Assembly: GCA_002633005.1 (NCBI GenBank)
Contig: NMRA01000351.1
Location: 297,258 to 361,257, forward strand
DNA: 64,000 bases
Source: Phoronis australis
Lineage: Eukaryota; Animalia; Phoronida
Direction: 5' to 3'
Below are positions 39,227-62,299 of the stretch, one piece after another (positions within the stretch are counted from its first letter, which is position 1; each line of letters opens with the position of its first letter). The notes beneath the pieces were generated by a model. The model worked only from the letters and a program-made list of their open reading frames with translations, ran no database searches and had not been told where the DNA came from. The translations under genes were made by a program, and so were the position numbers.

Positions 39227-42200
39227 NCACAAACCTTACCTTTGTATGAGGTCGTGCTTACTTCCTCTCATAGAAGCACCCTTTTTACGCAATCTCAGAT
39301 TCAGTTGGCACGGCTGCAAGCCATTTCACCATGTATTTAAAGGGCTCGCGAAATCGAGGCTGTTAATCTATCACCACTAGTACACGCACGCCCTCTAGTT
39401 ATTGTAGATTTTCCGAATAGCCCCATTGGCACTGACCCCGAATTGCCAAGTGGTATCTGGGAGAATTTTAGGGGGGGCATGGCCCCTTTGCCCCCCCATA
39501 AATCCGCCACTGTGGACGTCCCAGGAATGTAGCCTACAGAAAATATATTGCTGTGAACGTGAATTTTGATTGTATGTAACGGACTGTCGATTAAACCTAT
39601 TCGCAATCATAAATTTATTGTGAACACACTAACCCATTCCGTGTTTTGAATTGCAGGAACAAATATCCTTATTTTAGATTCATGGACCGAACCTCCACAA
39701 ATAGTTGGAGGGTAAGTATTGCTAAGAAGCAAACATTCAAAGACCATGTAATAAGTTTGATTAATTAAGTATTAGTTCTCAAAAGTACTTCAAGACATAT
39801 TGCCGACGATTTATTAAGCAAACATTTGGATGCCCAACCATTTCTTACACTGCTCTTAGTACATGTATACAAGTGTTAAAAGGGAATAGGAGTGGTTGGA
39901 CTCATTCGTGAGGGCATAAGTTGAATGCAACACAGGCCTAACTAAAGTTGACTACACTTTTAGTACATACATGTACTTCTGTACAGCAGTGCACGCCGAT
40001 GAAAAATGCGATATTCTATTCGACAGGCATTTGCTTATACTTTGTGAGTCGAAAATTCACTCACGCACCGGCCGGGGCCTTATGGTTCTGAATTAGTCTT
40101 CAAGAATGCGTAAATAATAAAATTTTACAATTGTGTGATTTTGTCGTTACTTTTAGTGAAATATTTCAACTAAAAACGCTGGAAAATCGGTTGCCGTCAA
40201 TGGATTTTAGTTTAGTGCATGTAGCACTTGATAAGAGAACTGCTGCGTTCTTGAACCAGGTACTGGTTTACCAATCAACATGAAGTGCAAAAATATGTTT
40301 CAGAGTTCAATAAGACACGCCCTATATCAAAAGTGGTTTAGAAAAGTGAAGTTCACGAACGACCTTATCAATTGTAAGGGCTGTTTTTGGGCAATCAATC
40401 GCAAGTGTACACCCAGGGAGTGGACAATGCCTGGTCAAACTCCAACTACGGCGCCAGGTAAGGCAGCCCAACTCATCCCTATAATCTGTAGGTGTATCGC
40501 TGCTTGCAATATTTTTATTAAAAAATTCAGATTTTCAACAAGAGATAGATAGTTGACGGTATTTCAAAGCGGTAAAAACATAGAACGGATGAGACATTTC
40601 TAATTCATGCTATCTACATAAACATTTTAAAGAGCCATTATTGAATGCTCAACATTTTTGATAACAACCGCAGTCCGGTGCAGTGTTTTGGCATTTTGAG
40701 ATGTGGTTATTTTGATTTATGTTCTAAACAGTAAACACTGTCCAATACTGTCACTACACCTTGTTTCGTGTTTCGACATACTTAGATTGTGCAACACGAA
40801 GACTGTCAATGGGATCCAGGGGTCTGCAAATGAAAGCGCACCATGATGAAAATGCCCGCGCAGTTCGGTCAATTTTGACTCACGATGAATGTCTGGAGGT
40901 AAGGCACGAGCAGTCTTGTAGCTAAAATGACTGGAAAAGACGATGACCACACGAAAATATGTGCATAATTTTACAAACGATTGAAAGGCATAGTTAACTT
41001 TAAAACAAGCGACTTGTATACGCACCTGAATTTCTGAAGGTACAGTATACATGGTTATGAATATCAATAGTCTTGTATGTACAAACACGCGTAATATGCG
41101 TTTTATTTCACGAACTTCACGTACTGTTGTAGACTTCGGAAAGGTACTTGAACGCGATTCGTTACTCATATATAAAGAATATACAAAGAGACATTAAAAA
41201 TCCGTGCTTTCTGTCTAAAAAACAAATTCCGTACACAGTTAAAAGTGTGTGGGCTGGGAAAGAACTGATATATTGCTTCAGATAAGTTCATCAACAAGTT
41301 GCAGGTCACGGCGTGAGCGTTTCAGCTCAGAAATCAACACTTCCAGAAACTGTCATGTTGGATTTGTCTAGGCGATCGTAACCAAATTCACTAATCTAAC
41401 ATATGTCAAGAAGGCAAAGTCGTTTTGGAAGCGCATGGTTTAAAATTCCCTTAGTGTGGCGTGTCGATTGACGTCATGGCAACAAAAACAAGTTTCGGAA
41501 CAACTAAGAAGTAACGTCACACATATCGCAGTTTCCCTTTACTAGGCAAATCAACTGTCTCGTTCTCTTACTGGGTGACACATTTTACCTGCGAGTTAGC
41601 AAAAGAATGAAAAGTGAACTTGAAAATGCAACCTAGTTATTTCATTTTTGAGTACATGTACTTAATTTATCATTTAGAATAAGTACATGCATTATATTAA
41701 GCATCTGTAGAAAATTTTCATAGGTCAGCGCCTCCTGTCTTTCTAATCCATTCTTGTTGTCCTGATCAAGCCAGAGCAGAATAAGAATAGACCGGCAGCC
41801 CAGAGCACTTAGCATAGATGAACGAGGTACCAACATCTGACCACGGGAGNTACATACAGAGGTGGACTTTAAATGATCCCGTGGTCAGATGTTGGTACCT
41901 CGTTCATCTATGCTAAGTGCTCTGGGCTGCCGGTCTAGAACTTTGAGTATCTGCTCTTCTAAAAAATCCTCGTTTGTCACTGAGTGTCTGGTGTTTATTT
42001 TTTACCGAAACAGGAATCATGAAAGATTGTGATATCTATGCAAATAAGCTAAATAATGGAGCGATACCTTTCACACTTTTTAAAACCTGAAGAGAATCCC
42101 TCAAAAATCCGATCGCAATTTATTTTCGTAGAATACACAAACTCTAGAGGATTAGACCACAATCAACATTGACGTGTATGAAGCGACATTAATATGGGTG

Positions 42201-42813
42201 ACGAATCACATCCACGCCACTTTCCGAACTCTCTCTAATAATGTTACTTCAGAATATGACCAGCTTTTGTTTACAATGCAGAACACAGGCGATCTAAAAT
42301 ACTACGAAGGCATCCGTGCTCCGACATACACCTACTGCAACCAAGAGACTCGACGAAAATCCGACCCCGTTTTGGCTAACAGCTCTTCATTGATCTGCGA
42401 GCGTAATTCACAAGAACACCTACACCGTAAGCATATGCGCAATGTTGAGATGAGAGTCGTCCTAGGTCATGCCATTGAAATAAGTGTTTTCTTACCAAAC
42501 CCACAATGAGCTCGATTTTCAGATTTTCATAGTCGTCTATGATTATTTTGCAGAAAACGTCAAAACTGAAGTAACAGAAAGCCATCAGGTGGTGTCATGG
42601 GAACAACAATCCGGCGAATCAAGTAGTATGTATCTTGGCACGTGGACTCCTTCGTGGGAGGAGTATCATCAGTCTTTGGCTTTCCAGCCACCGTTAATGG
42701 CTTCTAGTTACTACATACCACAACAGTACGTGGACGGTTCACATTACGGAGAGGGCGTCCCATATTACTATCCCCAAACTGAACAGGGATACCCTTACAC
42801 TGAACACTGGTGA
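30683..42813 (+). CDS. Divergent forkhead (winged-helix) domain protein, ~657 aa, 9 coding exons predicted
   Basis: Phase-consistent exons: 30683-31418, 31668-31783, 37083-37368, 38233-38341, 39657-39711, 40304-40457, 40786-40898, 42282-42426, 42554-42813 (1974 nt). Spliced domain: KPPNKLVELVAQTLDESPDGLLQVQQVYTALMNKYPYFRFMDRTSTNSWRSSIRHALYQKWFRKVKFTNDLINCKGCFWAIN, which aligns to the forkhead consensus KPP..SPD..L..IY..FPYF..W..SIRH.L..F.KV..KG.YW. The start codon and the non-domain exons are less certain. Confidence 0.78.
32558..34882. mobile_element. 2.3-kb non-autonomous DNA transposon, ~30-bp TIR, 4-bp TSD TTAT, many internal GTAGTGTACGTACCCC motifs
   Basis: Left end CGGCTAAATCACAATCAAGGTCCATATTCG; right end CGAATATGGACCTTGATTGTGATTTGCCCG; TTAT at 32554-32557 and 34883-34886; about 11 co-oriented motif copies and a ~330-bp internal tandem duplication. 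Confidence 0.78.
39139..39226. repeat. (GT)n microsatellite ending at an N gap
   Basis: Direct reading of the sequence. Confidence 0.95.
39228..39427. repeat. Second copy of the 16329-16528 repeat
   Basis: Near-identical over ~200 bp; directly followed by the right half of a ...AAATCCGCCACTG MITE (~39430-39512). Confidence 0.8.
41788..41937. mobile_element. Perfect 61-bp inverted repeat with TAG...CTA termini and 3-bp TSD GAA (Academ-like MITE; interior possibly collapsed at an N)
   Basis: 41788-41848 is the exact reverse complement of 41877-41937; the 28-nt spacer contains an N; GAA flanks both ends. Confidence 0.75.
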
Positions 42814-44272
42814 TTTTTCCCGAGCTAGAATCGTGACAAAAGGCAAGTAAAATTCGTGTAAATGGCGTTAGTTGTGAATTGTCCCTTGTTTGTCCCTTAT
42901 TCAATCAGAGTCTAATCTACATTTTGTTTGAGAATAACAAACCTGCATTTTAACCCAATCAAGCAGGACCAACAGTTAGGGAAACATGGGCAGCAATTGG
43001 GCAAACCTCAGTCATGGTCAGAAAAATGGTAGGCAAACGCGTTAGTTTTGTTGTCAGACAATGAGATACCTTGGGTTAGTTAGGAATTAGTTGTTAAATC
43101 AAGAAGGCCTGCTGGATTATTGAGTAACAGTAACCATATACAATACATTGTAAGTATCAACTACATCTACAAGTCGTTAAATTTATTTTTTCATTGAAAT
43201 ATATGTCACAAACTATAGACATGACAATACAACAAATTGTGTATAGCCATTATGTTAATTTTTAACTAGATCAGTTCTGTGTTCCATAGACCTCAAGAAG
43301 ACATTTACTTGCACTTGCGAATGCAATCCAACAACACTCCGCACTCACACATCAATCACTTCAGTGGCTAAGACAGCCTGGTAAGCTCTAGAGTACACTG
43401 CATCATTTTTGGAGATCTTTCAATATCTTGTTTTTCTCACAAGAAATCAATTCTACTAAACATTCCCCACTTGCATTAGTACATGAGCACTCATGATACA
43501 CTTACCTAGTGTTCAGATTTTCTGGAGGGTAATTAGACCTCAAAATGGAAACGTGGCTATCAAGTCAGTCTTTTGTACAAAGAATACACCCACACCTCAG
43601 TTCGCCAATGGCCAAACTAAAGGAGCTGCTTATAGATTAGTTAACACCTCTGGTGCTATTTAATAACTCAAAACTATTCTAGTAAGTGATTGGGAAGTGG
43701 AGTTGTAGCAACCATTGGATGGGACTGCAATACCTAAAGACATTTAATAAAAATTGACTTCCTTGATTTTAAGATGACACCCTCTAATAACCTTGATCAT
43801 CTGGGAAAAATGCAAGAACATGTAACCTGATCTTCAGAGGTTTACACAATTTCCGCCTCCCTTAAATTGAAGACAAAAAATTATCTACAACATCGTTGTC
43901 TAGGTTTTACAAATAGGCATATTAGCCTATTGTATTAAATGTTGCATTAAGTTAATAGATGCACAAAAGTGAGATCTTTGCTCAAATAGAACAAAGCTCT
44001 ACCACATGGTTGTAAAGTTCTAATATGCACTCCTGACAATTCAGGTTAGTTCGAGTGTGATCAAATCCTTCCGTTCAGTTGGTCCATAACTTATTTGAAT
44101 TTTGGTGTTTATAGTAAAGTTTGCATATTAAAGGTGGTTTCCAGCCAATGCACAAAGAATGTGTCAATCTAATATACAATGATCATGATCATTTAATTGA
44201 ATATATTGTTTAATTATGTTAATTATATATTGTACAATAGTTCGAAAATTCTTTGTGCAATGAGAAAACCAC

Positions 44273-56428
<12,156 letters not shown>

Positions 56429-56609
56429 ATTCCTTCAGTGGAGTGCAACTCGCCCGGTGGGATATGAACTTTGGAACTTTGACACGCTCACTATTTCTGT
56501 AGGCCTACACAAGGTGGCGCACAAACGACCTTGACCTTATCGATTTGATCACGGGACCTGAAAGGCTTTGGACCATTCGTGCCAATATTTTGATCCCCTG
56601 ATCTCAGTC
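56429..56609. promoter_or_regulatory. Putative compact bidirectional promoter shared by ACAA2 and RNASEK
   Basis: Only 181 bp separate the two divergent ATGs; CpG-containing; a TCACGTGA E-box lies nearby at 56228-56235. Confidence 0.65.
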
Positions 56610-58867
56610 ATGCCGTGTTGTGGCCCAAAGTTGTCAGTTTGTGGAGTAGTTCTTGGGATTTGGGGGATCATAATGCTTGTATGTATTTTGTAATTTCTAC
56701 TCAGACTTTTGTGTTGTTTCATTAGTTAGAGTCACAGACTGACAGTGACCATCGACCGTCTCTGCTGATCCGACGCAGCCAGTAGTCAGTACAGTAGGCA
56801 ATGACCATCGCCTCTGTTGGCCCGAACCAGAGGCGATGCAGAGGCTATAGGCGCTCTGTACGCCGGAAGCTTTTCGGCGAATTATGCCTCGCGCTGACTA
56901 AACCATCAAAGTCACGTTGTTATAAATACCTTTTGCGCATAGGAACACCTGAGGAGGTTGTCGATGTGTTTAATTCCTTCCAACTCGAACAAATACTCCC
57001 ATTATCAAACTTTTTCTTCGAGCAGTCCCTATTTCAGTTCCCAAAATCGTGAACTCACCATTTTTATACTGCGCACGCTCCAATTTTTACCGCGCTCGCT
57101 AGGTGATGTGACTTCATGACCTCAATCTTTAAATAGGCCAAAAAAGGTGAGCCATTGCGGTCTTGTCAGTCAAATGTTCGTTTCCAAAATACCACCACTT
57201 ATACTTGTCTTTAACTGGCGTTACTTGAAACTGATTGTATTTCAATGAATTATTGTTTGTATTTGATAAAAATAAATGCTGTTGATATGACATTTAATAG
57301 TCTTTGTGCACATATTTGACATTTTAATGTTTAACAACACGGCAAATGCACGGCTGGTTCCCGGCAGCACGTACGCGAAAAGTGGGAACTTCAGCTTTCA
57401 AAGTTTGCCGGTAGGTCCGCAACTTCTGACCTTCGGCCTGGTTAAAAAAATGAAAATGTTGATTTCACGATTTTGGGAACTGAAATAGGGACTGCTCAAA
57501 GAAAAAGTTTCATAACTGGAGTATTTGTTCGAGTTGGAAGGAATTAAACACACCGACAACCTCCTAAGGTGTTCCTCTATGCACAAAAGGTATTTATAAC
57601 AACGTGACTTTGATGGTTTAGTCGGTGCGAGGCATAATTCGCCGAGAAGCTTCCGGCGTACAGAGCGCCTATAGCCTCTGCATCGCCTCTGGTTCGGGCC
57701 AACAGAGGCGATGGTCATTGCCTATAGTCAGTACTGCCAGTAGGCAATGACCGTTAACCCTTTGTGCATAGAGGGACACCTTAGGCTAAGCTGGGCTTAG
57801 GAGGCCGTCGATGTATTTAATTTCTCCAGACTCGAACAAATATTCCCGTTACCAAACTTTTTCTTCCAGCAGTCCATCATTCAGTTCCCAAAATCGGAAA
57901 CTGACCATTTTTAGCACTGCGTGTGGCAGGTGGCGCTGCTGTGCTTGAACTTGGTATCCTGCTTAATCTCAAGGTTAAGCGGAAGTGAGTATTGCTTGAA
58001 CTTGGAATACATGAGGAAACTTGACAAGTTCACTCAAGTAATCACGTTCACGTGGATAAACATTTGCACTGCACTAAACCAAATTATATGTTATTAAAAT
58101 AAAGTAAAATTCATACAAAAATTCTTTACACTGAACAAAAAATCTCACCTGATTGCCCATAAGTTCAGTTCCAAGTTCATGTATACGCGATCTTGAGATT
58201 AAGCAGGATTCCAAGTTCACGCACAGCATCATGACGTCATATCTCCTGGCGTGTGCGGTGTAAAAATGGAAGTTACCGATTTTGGGAACTGAGCGAGGGA
58301 CTGCTCGAAGAAAAAGTTTGAGTGTTTGTTCTAGCTAGAAGGAATTGAAGACATCGATGGCTTCCTAAGGTGTTCTATGCGCAAAAGGTACTTAACAACG
58401 TGACTGACTTTTTAATCAGTGTGACGCATAATTTGCTGAAAAGCTTGCGGTGTATGAAGCGCCGATAGAATCGTCACCATCTGTAGTTCAATTAGGGATG
58501 GTGGTCACTGTCTAATCATTACCATGTTTCTGTAATGTAAGCTGTCACTATAAGCCTTGTAATGTGGTAATGTGCACTAAAATTACTATACTGTCCCTGG
58601 TAGCTTTTGCTCGTGAATTTTCCCATAAATATTTTCCAGGGATTGTTAGGTGTATTCTTCCATGTGAGAAGCCCTGCATTGTCAGAAGATCTGCCTATTG
58701 ATGAAGAGGAGTGGGCTAACAAGAGCCATTCATACGACTACATTATTAAACTATATGACCAGGCTGCTATCAATTGCTGGATTGCTGGTGGCATATATGT
58801 TATTATTTTCATCATATCAGTAATTAATTTAAAGTTAAATCTTGGAAACACGTATGCCATGCAGTAG
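56610..58867 (+). CDS. RNASEK: Ribonuclease kappa / V-ATPase subunit f, 98 aa, 2 exons
   Basis: Exon 1 56610-56678 (MPCCGPKLSVCGVVLGIWGIIML, donor gtatgt); exon 2 58640-58867 (GLLGVFFHVRSPALSEDLP...LYDQAAINCWIAGGIY...). CCGPK motif, two transmembrane helices and Y.Q...NC match the family. Confidence 0.94.
56795..57724. mobile_element. Fold-back element 1 in the RNASEK intron (~260-bp TIRs, TAG...CTA termini)
   Basis: 56795-~57053 is a high-identity reverse complement of ~57464-57724; the near-identical ORFs 56801-57052 (+) and 57398-57718 (-) reflect this. Confidence 0.82.
57741..58514. mobile_element. Fold-back element 2, same family and more diverged, in the RNASEK intron
   Basis: Starts TAGGCAATGACC and ends GGTCACTGTCTA; arms share cagttcccaaaatcgg / ccgattttgggaactg; inner IR tgctgtgcttgaacttggtatcctgcttaatctcaag (~57937) pairs with ~58192-58228. 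Confidence 0.75.
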
Positions 58868-60496
58868 GCAATGGGTGACATACGCACCATAAACTGAGTT
58901 GTGAGTACAAGTGCACTTGACACTGGCCTTGCATTGGACCAGTTGTCAGGAGTTTTAGACTGTTAAAGATGGTGACTTTCTACGGCCAATTAAATGAAGT
59001 GGAGGAGATGATATTTAATACAGTGCAAGCTGATGAATACTCTGGGGCTTAACAACTGGATGCAGTGGTCTAATGGATTACATTCCATACTGCATGTAAC
59101 TGGATCAATGACTTGGCTCTTTACTGACATATGAAGTGGGCTGAAGAATTTACATAGATCTGTGAGTTCATGCATCGGCACTTTGAATGACTGCTGAGTG
59201 GGGCGGGGCAAAGGATTACATGTTGAGCTGTGCCATTGGATTTACATGTTGGCACTTTCGTATCTGAATGGAATTGGTTAAAGACTTTCTAATTTTTGTT
59301 TACATTTCAAAGCAGCTATGTTAATTAAATGTTCATAGTATGGGCTACAGGATTTCATACAAAGTTGTGACTTAATATTTAGTGTACATTATTAATTTCT
59401 TAGTGAGGCTGCTGGTGTTTTCAAAGCCTGAACGCCCAGGATGCTGTTCTGATTTTCTAAACTATTGTACCTACATTCTAACAATTGTCACTCTTTTTGA
59501 GAGTTTAGGATGTATGCCTGCAGTTTAAATCATGAGAATCTTAATTACCCATGATCATTCTATTCTCAATGTCCAACACTCGTTTGAATAAGTACAAAAT
59601 TTGAATCCTTTGTTTTGGTTTTTCAACTGTCAGTGGTCATGTATGGAGTAATTAAAAACACCAGTCAAAGAAGCTAGGGTTATTATCACTCATGGTGAAA
59701 TGTAAAAGCTGGGAATTACCTCCGCCCCACGACCCCTGATTGCCACCAATTGCAATTTTGTACTATCCTTTCACCGTTAGTGACGCTGTCCTTTCTTAAG
59801 GTGCCGCCAGGGTCACTGGTCCCACCTCCACTTGTTATGCAGTTGCGAAGAACGTTATGCATACATTGACCGTGTCAAAAGCGTCATCGTAATCAGCTGC
59901 AATCCTGCTCAAATTTGCACCATGGGCGTCTAGTACTAACACAAAACAGTACCACAAAACTTGTTTCCAAGAAAAGCAACTTCTTCAGCAAGTTCAAGTA
60001 CATTTAAAAGGTTCACTTATTTTGTTTCTTATGCGGAGAATTTTGCTCTCAAATATGTTTTCAGTCCAGGAAACCTGCTAGTTTACATAAACGTAGTTAC
60101 AAATTTTACAAGCAAAACTTCGAGCTCTAAGCCACTGAGGCGAGGGAGGGCCTAGCCGTGTATGTGGCGGATCCTAGCTACATGTATATAGCTGTATTAT
60201 ACTAGATGATCCGGCAAGCGCAAGACATGACCAACTTAAAAAACAACACTTTCTCAAAAATAAATCGAAATCAAATATATTCACCTTTTTAAACAAAGAT
60301 AAAACCAAGAATAATATAGAAAACTAGAAAATGTCAAATTTTTTAAAGCTAACTGATATTTAGACCTGAAGGTTATGTAGGACCTTATCAACTTGTGGGT
60401 GTATTTAACCAGACGAGTGAGTATCTACAAATTAGTTGATTTTAACTCAGAAAAAGTGTATATTGTAGAATTGCAGAATTAGATTTCTGACTTTAT

Positions 60497-60666
60497 ACCC
60501 GGAATTTGCTATTTACTGGTTCACATACCGACCGTGTCCTTAGTAGCGAAAACGAAAGGTACATCCATAACAAAACGAGGGACCCGGAATTTGCTATTTA
60601 CTGGTTCACATACCGACCGTGTCCTTAGTAGCGAAAACGAAAGGTACATCCATAACAAAACGAGGG
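60497..60666. repeat. Perfect 85-bp tandem duplication
   Basis: acccggaatttgctatttactgg...caaaacgaggg occurs twice back to back. Confidence 0.9.
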
Positions 60667-61129
60667 TATTGAACATGACCAAATTTCGCTTGATATGATT
60701 GTTCTTGCAATCTCAAGAACGCTGCTACAGTTTGCTAAATTTGCGGTATTTTTTCATTAAATCATAGAAGTCCTATTTTTGAAAGCCCCTGGGTCAAAAG
60801 TGGAAACCGAAAAACAAATTCTAAGTGTTGTTCCTGCAAAAAAACATTTGGGAGGGGGGAGGAACTTTCAGTTCATTTTGTACCCACCGCCCATATTTTT
60901 CTTTTGTTTCTCCAACCCACTAACCATAATTTTTAATCAGGTTGAAATGCAAAATGCAACCATCCATTAAATTTTTAGATTATGCTTGAACTGTGCATGG
61001 TAATTAGGTTTCATTCTCTTAAGAAATTTTCGATCTTCAGTGTTTCGTGAGCCCACCGTGACAATGGTCCAGCAGACACACCAGCTCTCTCCCAGCCAAG
61101 GAATAAAGTTTACAGTAAATAGCATTTAA

Positions 61130-62030
61130 TGAACAAGAATGCTGGTATGAGCCCTTCGTCTGCATTGCAAATGGCAGATACCGTAGTGCTCGTTATTTCA
61201 AAATTCCTACAAGAAGGAGCAACACTTCTAAACAAATTGCCTCTATAGGATGATCTTTTAAGTACTTAAATTTTCGACGGGCAAGAACTTGAGCTGTCTT
61301 GTCGAATGTCGAATCAAAATGAATATCGACTTCTAAGTCGGCGCATCCATCCCTGCCATACATCTTTGTGCCAGATTTCATCCAGTTGTGCCTAGCAGTT
61401 TTTGAGATAATCAACCTGTTTTGTCAAAAACTAAAATGGCCAACAGGGGGTGCTACAGTAGCCAAATCTGTCCGAAAATCAAGTGGTGCCGGCGTATACC
61501 AGCCATTTATCTTTATGTCATATGTCATCATGATCCGTTAAGGGGTTTCAAAATAAGCGGCGGACACTAATTAAGCAATGACCCGGCGAATGGTCCAAAG
61601 CTAACAGGGGGTGCCACAGTAGTCGGGCAAAGCATGATTGACTGCCGGGCCGGGTCGGGTGCCGGCACATTCGCTCCATATAGGCCTCCTCCGTCTACAT
61701 CTGTTCGTCGTGATCCCGTCAAGCAGTTTTCGAGATAATCCACGCACGAAGCCGGGATGGCTTGTCGCAAGAAAAACGCCCTTAAAGGGGTACCACGGTA
61801 GCCAAATCCGCCAGAATGAAATCGACTCAGTGGTGCAGGCGCACCCCCGCCGTATCTATACCAAATTTTACCTTCTTGATCAGCCGAGCAGTTCTCATTG
61901 AGATAATTGACGCGGGACCGACAAGATTGCCGGACAATGACAGACGGACTGATTGACGGACGACTCAGGCGAACGGACGGACGGGATCTGAGTGCCGACC
62001 TCAGCGCGGTAGATGAGTGACCACAAATCT
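61130..62030 (+). mobile_element. Helentron/HINE-like non-autonomous element
   Basis: AACAAGA start; repeated internal blocks (aacagggggtgc.acagtag, gagataatc); (GACG/GACA)n microsatellite at ~61935-61983 followed by a short palindrome (ctgag..ctcag). This layout resembles the HINE elements of marine invertebrates. Boundaries are approximate. Confidence 0.5.
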
Positions 62031-62299
62031 TTTGTGGGTGCAAAAAAATTCCATGTGAGATCACAACTCATGTCCAGTTACCAACACTAGAAACTTACTT
62101 TTGACAAAGACACCGTGAGCAATACAGTAGTACCGAGGCAGCCAGTGACTATATGTCCGTCTATCCACCGTGTGCGTACCATGATTTCAATGATTACGAA
62201 TCTCAAGTCATATTTCCACAAACACTTGTAGCTAGTACGTTGCTGTGCCAAGTCAATATTGGAACTTGGCTATCTGATTCATCATACTTTTTATTAAAA

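Noticed and set aside
39111-39380. Cys/Val-repeat ORFs
   Set aside because: They are translations of a (GT)n microsatellite.
56801-57718. Two near-identical ORFs (83 and 106 aa) on opposite strands, as a duplicated gene
   Set aside because: They are translations of the inverted arms of an intronic fold-back element and differ by a frameshift.
58149-58160. ATGGGCAATCAG|gtgag on the minus strand as ACAA2 exon 1
   Set aside because: Phase 0 is incompatible with the phase-1 exon 2, and it lies beyond RNASEK exon 1; 56413-56428 fits instead.
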